64,000 nucleotides of DNA from Verrucomicrobiia bacterium (GTDB taxonomy: Bacteria; Verrucomicrobiota; Verrucomicrobiia; Limisphaerales; UBA11358): assembly GCA_036509895.1 (NCBI GenBank), contig DATCEV010000034.1, positions 13,437 through 77,436 of the forward strand. The letters are read 5' to 3'. A program made the position numbers and the translations under genes. Of the stretch, positions 46,321 to 54,481 are shown in pieces; position 1 is the stretch's first letter; each line of letters begins with the position of its first letter. The notes beneath the pieces are model-generated. The model searched no databases, was not told the origin of the DNA, and was given only the letters and a program-made list of their open reading frames with translations.

Positions 46321-46327
46321 TTTTCGT

Positions 46328-46966
46328 ATGGCAAAAACTGAAGTCATTCTCACTCACAACATCGTCGGGCTCGGCGGTGAATCCGACCAGGTCAAAGTCG
46401 CCGCCGGTTACGCGCGCAATTTTTTGTTTCCGCAGCGGTTTGCGATCCCGCTGACTTCGGCAAATAAAAAACACATCGAAGCGTTGAAGAAACGCCGTGG
46501 CGAACGCGAGGCGCACGAGTTCAACACCATGAGCGAACTGGCCAAAGGCGTTTCCAAGTTGATTTGCGTCGTCAAGGTCAAGGCCGGCGACGACGGCAAA
46601 ATGTTCGGCTCGGTGACGACCGGCACGATCGCTGACGAATTGAAACATCAGTTCGACATCACGCTCGACAAAAGAAAAATCCATCTCGAATCGCCGATCA
46701 AAACGCTGGGCGAACACGAAGTGGAATTGCATTTGCACGCCGAAGTCAAAAGCACTTTGAAAGTGCGCGTGGAAAGTTTGACGCCTGTGGCTGCGCCCGC
46801 GCCCGAAACCGCGCCCGCCGAAGTTAGAACCGAAAAACGCGGCAAACGTCCTGAGCGCGCCGAAAAAGTTGAAGCCGCCGAAGAAAAACCAAAGGCCGCA
46901 AAAGGCGAAAAGCCCGCGAAATCCGCCAAAGCGCCAAAGGCCGAAAAGAAAGCCAAGGCCGAATAA
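46328..46966 (+). CDS. rplI: 50S ribosomal protein L9 with a roughly 60-aa Lys/Ala/Glu/Pro-rich C-terminal extension
   Basis: MAKTEVILTHNIVGLGGESDQVKVAAGYARNFLFPQRFAIPLT is the L9 N-domain. Confidence 0.9.
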   Translation: MAKTEVILTHNIVGLGGESDQVKVAAGYARNFLFPQRFAIPLTSANKKHIEALKKRRGEREAHEFNTMSELAKGVSKLICVVKVKAGDDGKMFGSVTTGTIADELKHQFDITLDKRKIHLESPIKTLGEHEVELHLHAEVKSTLKVRVESLTPVAAPAPETAPAEVRTEKRGKRPERAEKVEAAEEKPKAAKGEKPAKSAKAPKAEKKAKAE

Positions 46967-46995
46967 AAATCGAGACGGCAATTTACTTTCACCGG

Positions 46996-47024
46996 GCTGC
47001 GGAATTTTTCTCCGCAGCTTTTTT
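46996..47024 (+). terminator. Intrinsic terminator after rplI
   Basis: gctgcgga (46996-47003) / tccgcagc (47011-47018), followed by tttttt. Confidence 0.6.
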
Positions 47025-47120
47025 GTTGCGCAAAATTCTTTGACTGCCGCGCGGACAATGAGCAAAATAATTTCAAAAACGGGACTTGACCGTTCTGGGA
47101 ATTTCGTTAAGCTAAACTCA

Positions 47121-47192
47121 ATGTTGAAAAACGTTTCACAAGTTGTCATTCTGGCCGTCGTCGTAGTTGGCGACGCCGCTGGCGCTTGTTGA
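47121..47192 (+). CDS. Branched-chain-amino-acid-rich leader peptide of ilvB (23 aa)
   Basis: atg ttg aaa aac gtt tca caa gtt gtc att ctg gcc gtc gtc gta gtt ggc gac gcc gct ggc gct tgt tga translates to MLKNVSQVVILAVVVVGDAAGAC. It has 7 Val, 2 Leu and 1 Ile, and a terminator hairpin follows immediately. Confidence 0.6.
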   Translation: MLKNVSQVVILAVVVVGDAAGAC

Positions 47193-47208
47193 ATTGAACC
47201 AATTTAAC

Positions 47209-47244
47209 AAAACCCACGGCTAAAAAGTCGTGGGTTTTTTGTTT
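47209..47244 (+). terminator. Attenuator terminator between the leader peptide and ilvB
   Basis: aaaacccacg (47209-47218) / cgtgggtttt (47229-38) with a 10-nt loop, then a T-run tttttt g ttt. It lies 38 nt upstream of the ilvB ATG. Confidence 0.65.
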
Positions 47245-47281
47245 AATCCGCGACGGTCAGCCGCAAACGGAAATAAAAAAC

Positions 47282-49198
47282 ATGAGCAAGACAATCGCTG
47301 AAAAGAAATCCGCCGCCGCAAAAAATATTCTGGCGCAACCGCAAAAAACTTCCGCGCCCAAACGCGCCGAGGTCGGACCGGCCATGTTTGGCCGCGACAT
47401 TTTCGTGGAAGCGTTGGAACGCGAAGGCGTCGAAGTTATTTTTGCTTATCCCGGCGGCGCGAGCATGGAAATCCACCAGTCGCTCACACATTCCAAAATC
47501 CGCACCATTCTTCCGCGCCATGAACAGGGCGGAAGTTTCGCGGCGGAAGGCTACGCGCGCGCGACTGGCAAAGCCGGCGTGTGCATGGGCACGAGCGGTC
47601 CGGGCGCGACGAATCTCGTCACCGCCATCGCCGACGCTTACATGGATTCCTGCCCGCTCATCGCGATTACGGGTCAAGTTTCGCAGGCGATGATCGGGCG
47701 CGGCGCGTTTCAGGAAACCGACATCATCGGCGTGACGTTGCCGATCGTGAAACATTCTTATTTAATCACGGACATCAACGACATTCCACGCATCGTGAAA
47801 GAGGCGTTTTATATCGCGCAATCCGGTCGCCCCGGCCCGGTCGTGATTGATTTTCCAAAAAACATCCAGCAGCAAAAAACGCAGCCGGTCTGGCCGACGC
47901 TGGAGCAGATCAAAAAAGGTTTGCCCGGTTACACGCAGCCGGACTTGAAAGCGGACGACATCGCGCTCAACGAAATCATTGGCCTCATCGAGAAGGCCGA
48001 ACGTCCGGTGCTTTATGTTGGCGGCGGAATTATCACGAGCGGCGCGGCGGCGGAATTGAAAAAATTTGCCGAGGCGACGAATATTCCCGTGACGACCACA
48101 ATCATGGGCGTCGGCGGATTTCCCGAAACGCATCCGCTCTCGTTGCGCTGGCTCGGCATGCACGGTTCCGCCTCGGCGAACTGGGCGGTCAACGGAGAAT
48201 ACGAACTCCGTAAAAATTTTGACGCGCCGATGGTGAAGTTGAAAGACGGCGCGGATTTATTGCTCGCGTTTGGCGTGCGCTTTGACGACCGCGTGACCGG
48301 CAAGTTCGAGGAATTTTGCAAGAGCGGAACGATTGTCCACGTGGACATTGACGCGTCGGAGTTGAACAAGAATCGCAAGGCGAATCTGCCCGTGGTCGGC
48401 GACATCAAGGACGCGTTGACGCGTCTGAATAAATTGGTCGCGAAACGTCCGATTCAGAAAAAACACACCGCGTGGCTCGCGCAGATTTCTGAATGGCAGA
48501 AAAAAGCGCCGTTCGCCTATCGCATCACGCCGGAAATCGCCAACAGCGATCACATGAAAGACCATCTCCAAGGCCAGGAGAATGAAGTCATTTTGCAGCA
48601 GATGGTGATCGAGATGCTTTACGAACTCACGAAGGGCGAGGCTTACATCACCACCGGCGTCGGCCAGCATCAGATGTGGGCGGGTCAATGGTATAAATAC
48701 AAATACCCGCGCCAGTTCATCACCAGCGCCGGTCTCGGCTCAATGGGTTACGGTTATCCCGCCGCGCTCGGCGTGAAGGTGGCGTTGCCGGACAAGCAGG
48801 TCATTGATATTGATGGCGATGGTTCCTTCTTGATGAACATCCAGGAACTCGCGACGGCGCACGTCGAAAAAATTGCGGCGAAGGCGATCATCCTGAACAA
48901 TCAGCATCTCGGCATGGTGGTGCAATGGGAGGATAATTTCTTTGAAGGCAATCGCGGTCACACGTATCTCGGTGATCCCGATCATCGCGCCGAAATTTAT
49001 CCTGACTACGTTCGCGTGTGCAATTCGTTCAACGTGAAATGCGAGCGCGTGATGTATAAAAAAGATTTGCGCGCCGCGTTGCAGCGGATGCTCGACGCCG
49101 ACGAACCTTACGTCCTCGACGTGGTGACGCCTTACAGCACGCACGTCTTGCCATTCATTCCCGCCGGCAAAACCGTGGCGGACATGATTTGGAAATAG
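47282..49198 (+). CDS. ilvB: Acetolactate synthase (biosynthetic), large subunit
   Basis: GRDIFVEALEREGVEVIFAYPGGA, RHEQGGSFAAEGYARATGK, GPGATNLVT, the ThDP motif GLGSMGYGYPAALG...IDGDGSFLMNIQEL, and NNQHLGMV. Confidence 0.95.
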   Translation: MSKTIAEKKSAAAKNILAQPQKTSAPKRAEVGPAMFGRDIFVEALEREGVEVIFAYPGGASMEIHQSLTHSKIRTILPRHEQGGSFAAEGYARATGKAGVCMGTSGPGATNLVTAIADAYMDSCPLIAITGQVSQAMIGRGAFQETDIIGVTLPIVKHSYLITDINDIPRIVKEAFYIAQSGRPGPVVIDFPKNIQQQKTQPVWPTLEQIKKGLPGYTQPDLKADDIALNEIIGLIEKAERPVLYVGGGIITSGAAAELKKFAEATNIPVTTTIMGVGGFPETHPLSLRWLGMHGSASANWAVNGEYELRKNFDAPMVKLKDGADLLLAFGVRFDDRVTGKFEEFCKSGTIVHVDIDASELNKNRKANLPVVGDIKDALTRLNKLVAKRPIQKKHTAWLAQISEWQKKAPFAYRITPEIANSDHMKDHLQGQENEVILQQMVIEMLYELTKGEAYITTGVGQHQMWAGQWYKYKYPRQFITSAGLGSMGYGYPAALGVKVALPDKQVIDIDGDGSFLMNIQELATAHVEKIAAKAIILNNQHLGMVVQWEDNFFEGNRGHTYLGDPDHRAEIYPDYVRVCNSFNVKCERVMYKKDLRAALQRMLDADEPYVLDVVTPYSTHVLPFIPAGKTVADMIWK

Positions 49199-49367
49199 CC
49201 GCGATTGAAAAAATCGCTGAAAAATTATTTTTTTTGCCGCGCTTTTGACAAGGCGCGCATATTGAATTTTTTACAGACCGACAATTTATTGGACACTTGA
49301 GCTGCCTTCAGGACCAATCAAAGGCCGATTATGTTGATTTTTAGTGATTTTTGCCCTTTTCCCACTT

Positions 49368-49382
49368 TGGCGCACGGCTTGC
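49368..49382 (+). promoter_or_regulatory. Candidate sigma-54 (-24/-12) promoter upstream of pilM
   Basis: TGGCGCacggcTTGC has GG and GC exactly 12 nt apart, as in the consensus TGGCAC-N5-TTGC. It lies 74 nt upstream of the pilM ATG. Confidence 0.35.
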
Positions 49383-49455
49383 TCAAACCCAAAACGTCGG
49401 ATTTTCTCAATTGTAGCTTGCAATTGGGAGGCATTAACCTTTAATAACAACGCAC

Positions 49456-50529
49456 ATGGCATTGCAGTTTCTTAACGGGGCATTTAAAAAAAAGCGGTCG
49501 CAGATGATCTCGATTGATCTGGGAACGCGCACTACGAAAGCTGTCCTTTTGGAACAGCGCGGGGAAATTTTTGCCCTGTGCCGTTATGCGCTGCTCGACG
49601 CGCCGATTTTTGACAAAAAAATTTCCGCCGAGTTGCTCGCCGAGCATTTGAAAAACGTCATCGAGGCCTTGGGCGCGGAAACCCAATATGTCACGCTGTC
49701 GCTGGGATTGGATGACGCCGTGGTGCGGCAGGTGGATTTGCCGCAAATTCCTCTCGACGAAATGCGGCTCATCCTTAAAAATAATCCCAAGGCGTATTTG
49801 CAGCAGGATTTACCGGGACACGTTTTCGACTGTTATATTTTTCCGCCGCGACCGGTGACGGGCAGGCCGGCGGACGGCGCGAAAGCGGGAATTCCAAAAT
49901 TAAAAGTTTTAGTGGCGGGTGCCAAACAGCAATTGGTGGAGGATTTTCAAGCGGCGTTCAAAGAAGCCGGATTGGTGGGCGATCATCTCGTGCCGGGATT
50001 GATCGGGCCGATTAACACATTTGAAATGGCAATGCCGGAAATTTTTGCCAATGAGTCGGTGGCCTTGGTGGACATCGGTTTCAAACATACTTCGGTCTGC
50101 GTGTTGGATCGCGGGCAACTGATGTTGACTCGGACGATGAACATTGGCGGAGACCGGCTGACGGCGGGATTGGCTGAACAAATGAACATCACTTACGCGG
50201 AAGCCGAGGGCATCAAAGTGGGCATGGCGCCGGAAGTGGTTTCAGCATTGGAAACACAGGTGCTGCCCTTGGGCCGCGAGTTGCGCGCCTCGCTTGATTT
50301 TTTTGAACATCAGCAAGATCGCGCGGTATCGCACATTTATGTCAGCGGCGGTTCGGCCAAATCGGAATCCATTTTGGAAATGTTGCGCGCCGAGCTGGTT
50401 GTCGAATGCCAAACGTGGAACCCGACCGGCTTTTTGCAGATGGCGTTGCCGGGGCAGCAGGCGGTGGAAATTGACCAGGTCGGCTCGCAATTGACGGTGG
50501 CGATCGGTGGCGCCCTGGCGGCTTTTTAA
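49456..50529 (+). CDS. pilM: Type IV pilus assembly protein PilM (actin-like ATPase fold)
   Basis: ISIDLGTRTTKAVLLE..., VDIGFKHTSVCVL, NIGGDRLT, and YVSGGSAK. Confidence 0.9.
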   Translation: MALQFLNGAFKKKRSQMISIDLGTRTTKAVLLEQRGEIFALCRYALLDAPIFDKKISAELLAEHLKNVIEALGAETQYVTLSLGLDDAVVRQVDLPQIPLDEMRLILKNNPKAYLQQDLPGHVFDCYIFPPRPVTGRPADGAKAGIPKLKVLVAGAKQQLVEDFQAAFKEAGLVGDHLVPGLIGPINTFEMAMPEIFANESVALVDIGFKHTSVCVLDRGQLMLTRTMNIGGDRLTAGLAEQMNITYAEAEGIKVGMAPEVVSALETQVLPLGRELRASLDFFEHQQDRAVSHIYVSGGSAKSESILEMLRAELVVECQTWNPTGFLQMALPGQQAVEIDQVGSQLTVAIGGALAAF

Positions 50530-50538
50530 CGGAAAATT

Positions 50539-51210
50539 ATGCCCATAAAAATCAATTTATTGGCGGAGACGCAAATCGCAGAAGAGTTGCGCCGGCGCGA
50601 TCCGGTCAAACGGGCGATTTTTGTCGGCGCCTTTCTGATCGCATTGATGTTGGTCTGGAGCAGTTCACTGCAATTGGAAGCGATGATTTCAAAAAAATCT
50701 TTGGCCGATGTGCAGGCACAAATCGAAACCCATTCCGATCAATATCAAAATGTGGTGGGCAGCCTGAAAAAAATCAATGAGGCAAAAAACAAACTGGCGG
50801 CCTTGCAGAAATTAAGCGCCGCGCGCTTTCTTCAGGGTAATCTTTTGAATGCATTGCAAGAGTCCACCCTGGACAATGTCCAACTGGCGCGCCTAAGAGT
50901 GGACCAATCCTATTTTAATGTTCCGGGCGCGCCGGCCAAGACGAATGATAATCATGTGACTCCGGGCTACCTGGCAACGACGCACGAAAAAATAGTCGTG
51001 GTTTTGGATGCGAAAGATTTCAGCGCCAGCCCGGGTGACGCCGTGAACAAGTTCAAGGAAATGCTTGCCAATCAATCCTATTTCAAATCTATCTTAAGCA
51101 AAACCAATGGCGTTCAGTTGACCAGTTTATCGCCTCAACAAAGCGGTCCTGACGGCAAAGCGTATGTATTGTTCACATTGGAATGTGATTTACCCGAGCA
51201 AATCCGATGA
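50539..51210 (+). CDS. pilN: PilN-like pilus assembly protein
   Basis: MPIKINLLAE... followed by a single TM helix and a coiled coil. It sits after pilM. Confidence 0.7.
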   Translation: MPIKINLLAETQIAEELRRRDPVKRAIFVGAFLIALMLVWSSSLQLEAMISKKSLADVQAQIETHSDQYQNVVGSLKKINEAKNKLAALQKLSAARFLQGNLLNALQESTLDNVQLARLRVDQSYFNVPGAPAKTNDNHVTPGYLATTHEKIVVVLDAKDFSASPGDAVNKFKEMLANQSYFKSILSKTNGVQLTSLSPQQSGPDGKAYVLFTLECDLPEQIR

Positions 51211-51773
51211 AATGGCTGCCCAGAGATAAGCGCAATCCGTTTTTTGCCGTTGTCATAACTACGGTTGTAGTTTTGGCTTTGATTTATTTTGGCCTGATTG
51301 AATCGCAGAATGAGTCGCTTTTAAGAGTGGCTTCCGATCGCCGAGCGGCGGCAGACAAATTAGCCAATATGGAAAAAGCGATCAAAAATGCCGAAGTCAC
51401 TTCCCGCGATTTGGATAATGAAACTTTTGCGCTTTCGCGCGCGGAAGAAGACATGGCTTCCGGCGATCTCTACTCATGGACTTATGGAACGATGCGGTTG
51501 TTCAAGCAACAATATAAAATAGAAGTTCCTGAAATAGGACATCCGGTGACGGGCGAGGTGGATTTATTTCCTGCTTTTCCCTACAAGCAGCTTCGCTTTA
51601 GCATTAATGGAACCGGCTACTACCACGATCTGGGAAAATTTGTTTCTGATTTTGAAAATGCCTTTCCCCATGCCCGGATTCTCAATCTGGTGATTGAGCC
51701 GGTGAGTCCGGATAGTGAAAAACTTTCTTTCCGGCTCGATATTGCAGCTTTGGTAAAACCGAATCCTTCATGA
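51207..51773 (+). CDS. pilO: PilO-like pilus assembly protein
   Basis: An N-terminal TM helix, a coiled coil and a ferredoxin-like C-terminus (YHDLGKFVSDFENAFPHARILNLVIEP). It overlaps the neighbouring genes. Confidence 0.65.
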   Translation: MKWLPRDKRNPFFAVVITTVVVLALIYFGLIESQNESLLRVASDRRAAADKLANMEKAIKNAEVTSRDLDNETFALSRAEEDMASGDLYSWTYGTMRLFKQQYKIEVPEIGHPVTGEVDLFPAFPYKQLRFSINGTGYYHDLGKFVSDFENAFPHARILNLVIEPVSPDSEKLSFRLDIAALVKPNPS

Positions 51774-52207
51774 TTATGAAATTATTCGGAAATTATTTTA
51801 ACCTGGCTTTGATCCTGGCGGGTCTGGCGGCGATGCCGGTTGTCGCCAAGCCGGTTGTCTTGCAGCCGACCAATTCAATTGCGCCGCGATCCGTATTCAT
51901 TCTTCCTTCCAACCCAAAAGAAGGCCGCGATCCATTTTTTCCATCTTCAATGCGGCCTTATATTTCGGCGGTGCCCAAAGCGGTTCCCGGCGGTGACATC
52001 ACGGCGCTGCGACTGATCGGAGTTTCGGGAGCGCCGGGACATCGGCTGGTGATTATCAATAACCATACCTTTGGCGTCGGCGACGAGGGGGAAGTTATCA
52101 CGAGTCAGGGACGGATGCATATCCGTTGTGTGGATATAACCGCCAATTCGGTGGTGATTGAGGCCGACGGACGGCGGGCTGAATTGCATTATTCAAGCGA
52201 GCCATGA
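51770..52207 (+). CDS. pilP: PilP-like small periplasmic protein
   Basis: A signal peptide and the C-terminal beta-domain pattern LRLIGVSG...RLVIINNHTFGVGDEGEV. The assignment rests mainly on gene order. Confidence 0.5.
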   Translation: MIMKLFGNYFNLALILAGLAAMPVVAKPVVLQPTNSIAPRSVFILPSNPKEGRDPFFPSSMRPYISAVPKAVPGGDITALRLIGVSGAPGHRLVIINNHTFGVGDEGEVITSQGRMHIRCVDITANSVVIEADGRRAELHYSSEP

Positions 52208-52264
52208 AGAAAACAGTGTCCATTTTTTAAAAAAAACAGATTGGCGCAGGCGATTGCCAAAAAT

Positions 52265-52279
52265 TGGTATCGCTTGTGC
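52265..52279 (+). promoter_or_regulatory. Second, weaker sigma-54-like element upstream of pilQ
   Basis: TGGTATcgcttGTGC has the correct 12-nt GG..GC spacing but a degenerate -12 element. The nearby TGGCGCaggcgaTTGC (52242-52257) is one nt too long. Confidence 0.2.
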
Positions 52280-52335
52280 TTGCAGGTCAAATGATCCGGG
52301 CGTCAAGCCGGGGAACTTACTAAACAAAACAAAGT

Positions 52336-54075
52336 ATGAAACATAAATTATTAATCGCCGTCATGCTGGGAGCGTTTGCGATGCAACGCGCTGCCATTGC
52401 CCAGACTAACGTCATGGAAGATGACGCAACCAATCCGCCGGTTACGGCGGTTATGATAACCAATACACAGGTGACAGTAGATGTGGCTACTAATGAGGCT
52501 GCCACCAATGAAACTGCCGCCGAGGTCGCGCCCGCCGCCGCCGCAAGTCCCGGCCAGCCCGCCGATGCGACTGCGACTAACGCGACCGACCTGTCTGAAG
52601 CAGTTATTCCGCTGATTCAATTTCAAGACGTGCCGCTCACCACGGCCATTGAAAACCTGGCGCGGCAAGCGGGCATCAACTATTTGCTGGATCCAAAAAT
52701 CGGTTATGGCCAGCCCGACGCCAATGGACAGGTCAAGGCGGAGCCGACTCTATCCATCCGCTGGGAAAATATCACCGCCGAACATGCTTTGCTGGCGCTG
52801 CTGGATAATTATGGCTTGCAACTCGTTCCCAGTCCTCAAACTAAAATTGTCCGCATCACGACTAAAGACCCGTCGGCGCCGCCGCCCTTGATCACCCGGG
52901 TTGTCCAGCTAAAGTATTCCAGCACTTCAAACATGGTTGATTCCATTGTGGCCGCCCTTACGGATAAACGCAGCCGGGTATTGCCGGACACGCGCACCAG
53001 CCAGTTGGTGGTGGTCGCCACCGAACCGGAACAGGAAGCGGTGGACACTCTTGTCAATGAATTGGACAAACCTACCCGCCAGGTGTTGATTGAGACCAAG
53101 CTGGTGGAAATTTCCAGCAACCCAAGCACCACCAAAGGTATTGACTGGTCGGGCACACTGGCGGCGCAAAATTTTTCGGTCGGCAATGGATCGACATTTT
53201 TAGTGCAACCCACTGCGGCGGTCCCGGGAACGGAGACAACGGTTAATGGTGTAACGACGATTAGTGGCGCCCAACCTGCCCAGCCCGGTCTGCTCAGTGG
53301 TATTCTTGGCAATCCCGGCATTTTAGCCAACTCCGCCGATGGATTAAATCCCAGCACTATGTTTCTTAATGCTGATGGAGTTCATGCCGTGCTTTCATTT
53401 TTGAATTCATCTTCGGATGCGCAGGTTATATCTACTCCTCGCGTCGTTACCTTGGATAATGAGATGGCGACGATTTCAGTTACCCGCGCTTTTCCCATCA
53501 TCAATGTGACGGCCGGCACCGCCAACACGTCGGGTGGTTCTTCGATCACTTACTCTAACATCGGAACCATCCTGCAAGTGACTCCTCGCATCTCCGCCAA
53601 TGACTATATCTGGCTTAAAGTAATTCCCGATGTCTCCAGTTTCTTCGGCACCGTTACTAAAACTATTCAAGGCGCTATTTTCCAGGCCGATGAATTTGAC
53701 GTCCGTCATATTGATACGCAGGTGCTTATTCCCAACGCCAATACTTTGGTCATGGGCGGTTTGGTAAAGGACAGTCCGCAGGCTTCCTACACCAAAGTGC
53801 CGTTCTTGGGCGACATCCCGGTTCTGGGATACGCTTTCCGCAGTGAAAACAAATCCCTGGACAAGGATAATCTTTTGATCTTTATCACGCCAACCATCGT
53901 AAAAGATTCGGATTATACTCCCACGGCAACCGATTTTCTTAAGTCTCGACCGAACGTAATGAAATCACCGTTGAATCCCCACACATGGTGGGATAGCTCC
54001 CAGCCTCGTGGCGATTGGAGCAACCCCGCTCCCGAACCAGGCGAGTTCGATAAAAGTGCGCCAAACGTTCAATGA
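52336..54075 (+). CDS. pilQ: Type IV pilus secretin PilQ
   Basis: A signal peptide, an STN-like N-terminal domain (IQFQDVPLTTAIENLARQAGINYLLD), and a C-terminal secretin domain (ILQVTPRIS...VMGGL...KVPFLGDIPVLGYAFR...LLIFITPTIV). Confidence 0.9.
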   Translation: MKHKLLIAVMLGAFAMQRAAIAQTNVMEDDATNPPVTAVMITNTQVTVDVATNEAATNETAAEVAPAAAASPGQPADATATNATDLSEAVIPLIQFQDVPLTTAIENLARQAGINYLLDPKIGYGQPDANGQVKAEPTLSIRWENITAEHALLALLDNYGLQLVPSPQTKIVRITTKDPSAPPPLITRVVQLKYSSTSNMVDSIVAALTDKRSRVLPDTRTSQLVVVATEPEQEAVDTLVNELDKPTRQVLIETKLVEISSNPSTTKGIDWSGTLAAQNFSVGNGSTFLVQPTAAVPGTETTVNGVTTISGAQPAQPGLLSGILGNPGILANSADGLNPSTMFLNADGVHAVLSFLNSSSDAQVISTPRVVTLDNEMATISVTRAFPIINVTAGTANTSGGSSITYSNIGTILQVTPRISANDYIWLKVIPDVSSFFGTVTKTIQGAIFQADEFDVRHIDTQVLIPNANTLVMGGLVKDSPQASYTKVPFLGDIPVLGYAFRSENKSLDKDNLLIFITPTIVKDSDYTPTATDFLKSRPNVMKSPLNPHTWWDSSQPRGDWSNPAPEPGEFDKSAPNVQ

Positions 54076-54094
54076 TTTTAACCTGATATTTCAC

Positions 54095-54127
54095 GGCGCG
54101 TTCAAGTCGAACGCGCCTTTTTTTTAT
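54095..54127. terminator. Bidirectional terminator between pilQ and the DUF971 gene
   Basis: ggcgcgttc (54095-54103) / gaacgcgcc (54109-54117), followed by tttttttttattt. Confidence 0.6.
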
Positions 54128-54439
54128 TTAGCCGCTGAAATTTTCTTTGGCAACCCGTTTCAAATAATCAAAAGAAAAAATTCCTGTCGCGTGGCCGTCC
54201 GCCCAAATGGGCTGAATGGCATAATTGCCAACCGTGCCGATGCGAACCAATTCAAATGCTTTCGGCGAAAATTTTTGTTCGGGGTTTTTATAAACGTTTC
54301 CTAAAATATCCGCTTCGCCTTTGCAACCCGCGCATGGGCAACTGCGCCGCAATTTTTCCAACGAAATAAAATCTTCGCCGCCATTACTCCATTTGATGGC
54401 CAGTTCGTTCCCGATAAGTTGAATGTCCGTTGGCCGCAT
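54128..54439 (-). CDS. DUF971 (gamma-butyrobetaine hydroxylase-like N-terminal) domain protein
   Basis: LAIKWSNGGEDFISLEKLRRSCPCAGC...YAIQPIWADGHATGIFSFDYL is the typical DUF971 pattern. Confidence 0.8.
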   Translation of the reverse strand: MRPTDIQLIGNELAIKWSNGGEDFISLEKLRRSCPCAGCKGEADILGNVYKNPEQKFSPKAFELVRIGTVGNYAIQPIWADGHATGIFSFDYLKRVAKENFSG

Positions 54440-54442
54440 GCC

Positions 54443-54463
54443 TTGAAATTATCTTGATTTCAA
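54443..54463. promoter_or_regulatory. 7-bp perfect inverted repeat in the DUF971/mntH divergent region (candidate metalloregulator operator)
   Basis: TTGAAAT-tatcttg-ATTTCAA. Confidence 0.25.
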
Positions 54464-54481
54464 ACAAACGTCCATTCGACT

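Noticed and set aside
45488-46966. Absence of rpsR (S18) from the rpsF-ssb-rplI cluster, read as evidence of gene loss.
   Set aside because: Absence from one window says nothing about the genome. It is reported only as context for the half-repeat finding.
49199-49455. Possible small RNA or sigma-70 promoter (TTGACA at about 49245) in the ilvB-pilM spacer.
   Set aside because: No acceptable -10 hexamer lies at 16-19 nt spacing, and the hairpins are weak. Only the sigma-54-like element is retained as a candidate.
52158-52346. 62-aa ORF in the pilP-pilQ spacer.
   Set aside because: It overlaps the pilP end, has no signal peptide or motif and is low-complexity. It is more likely non-coding spacer carrying promoter-like sequence.
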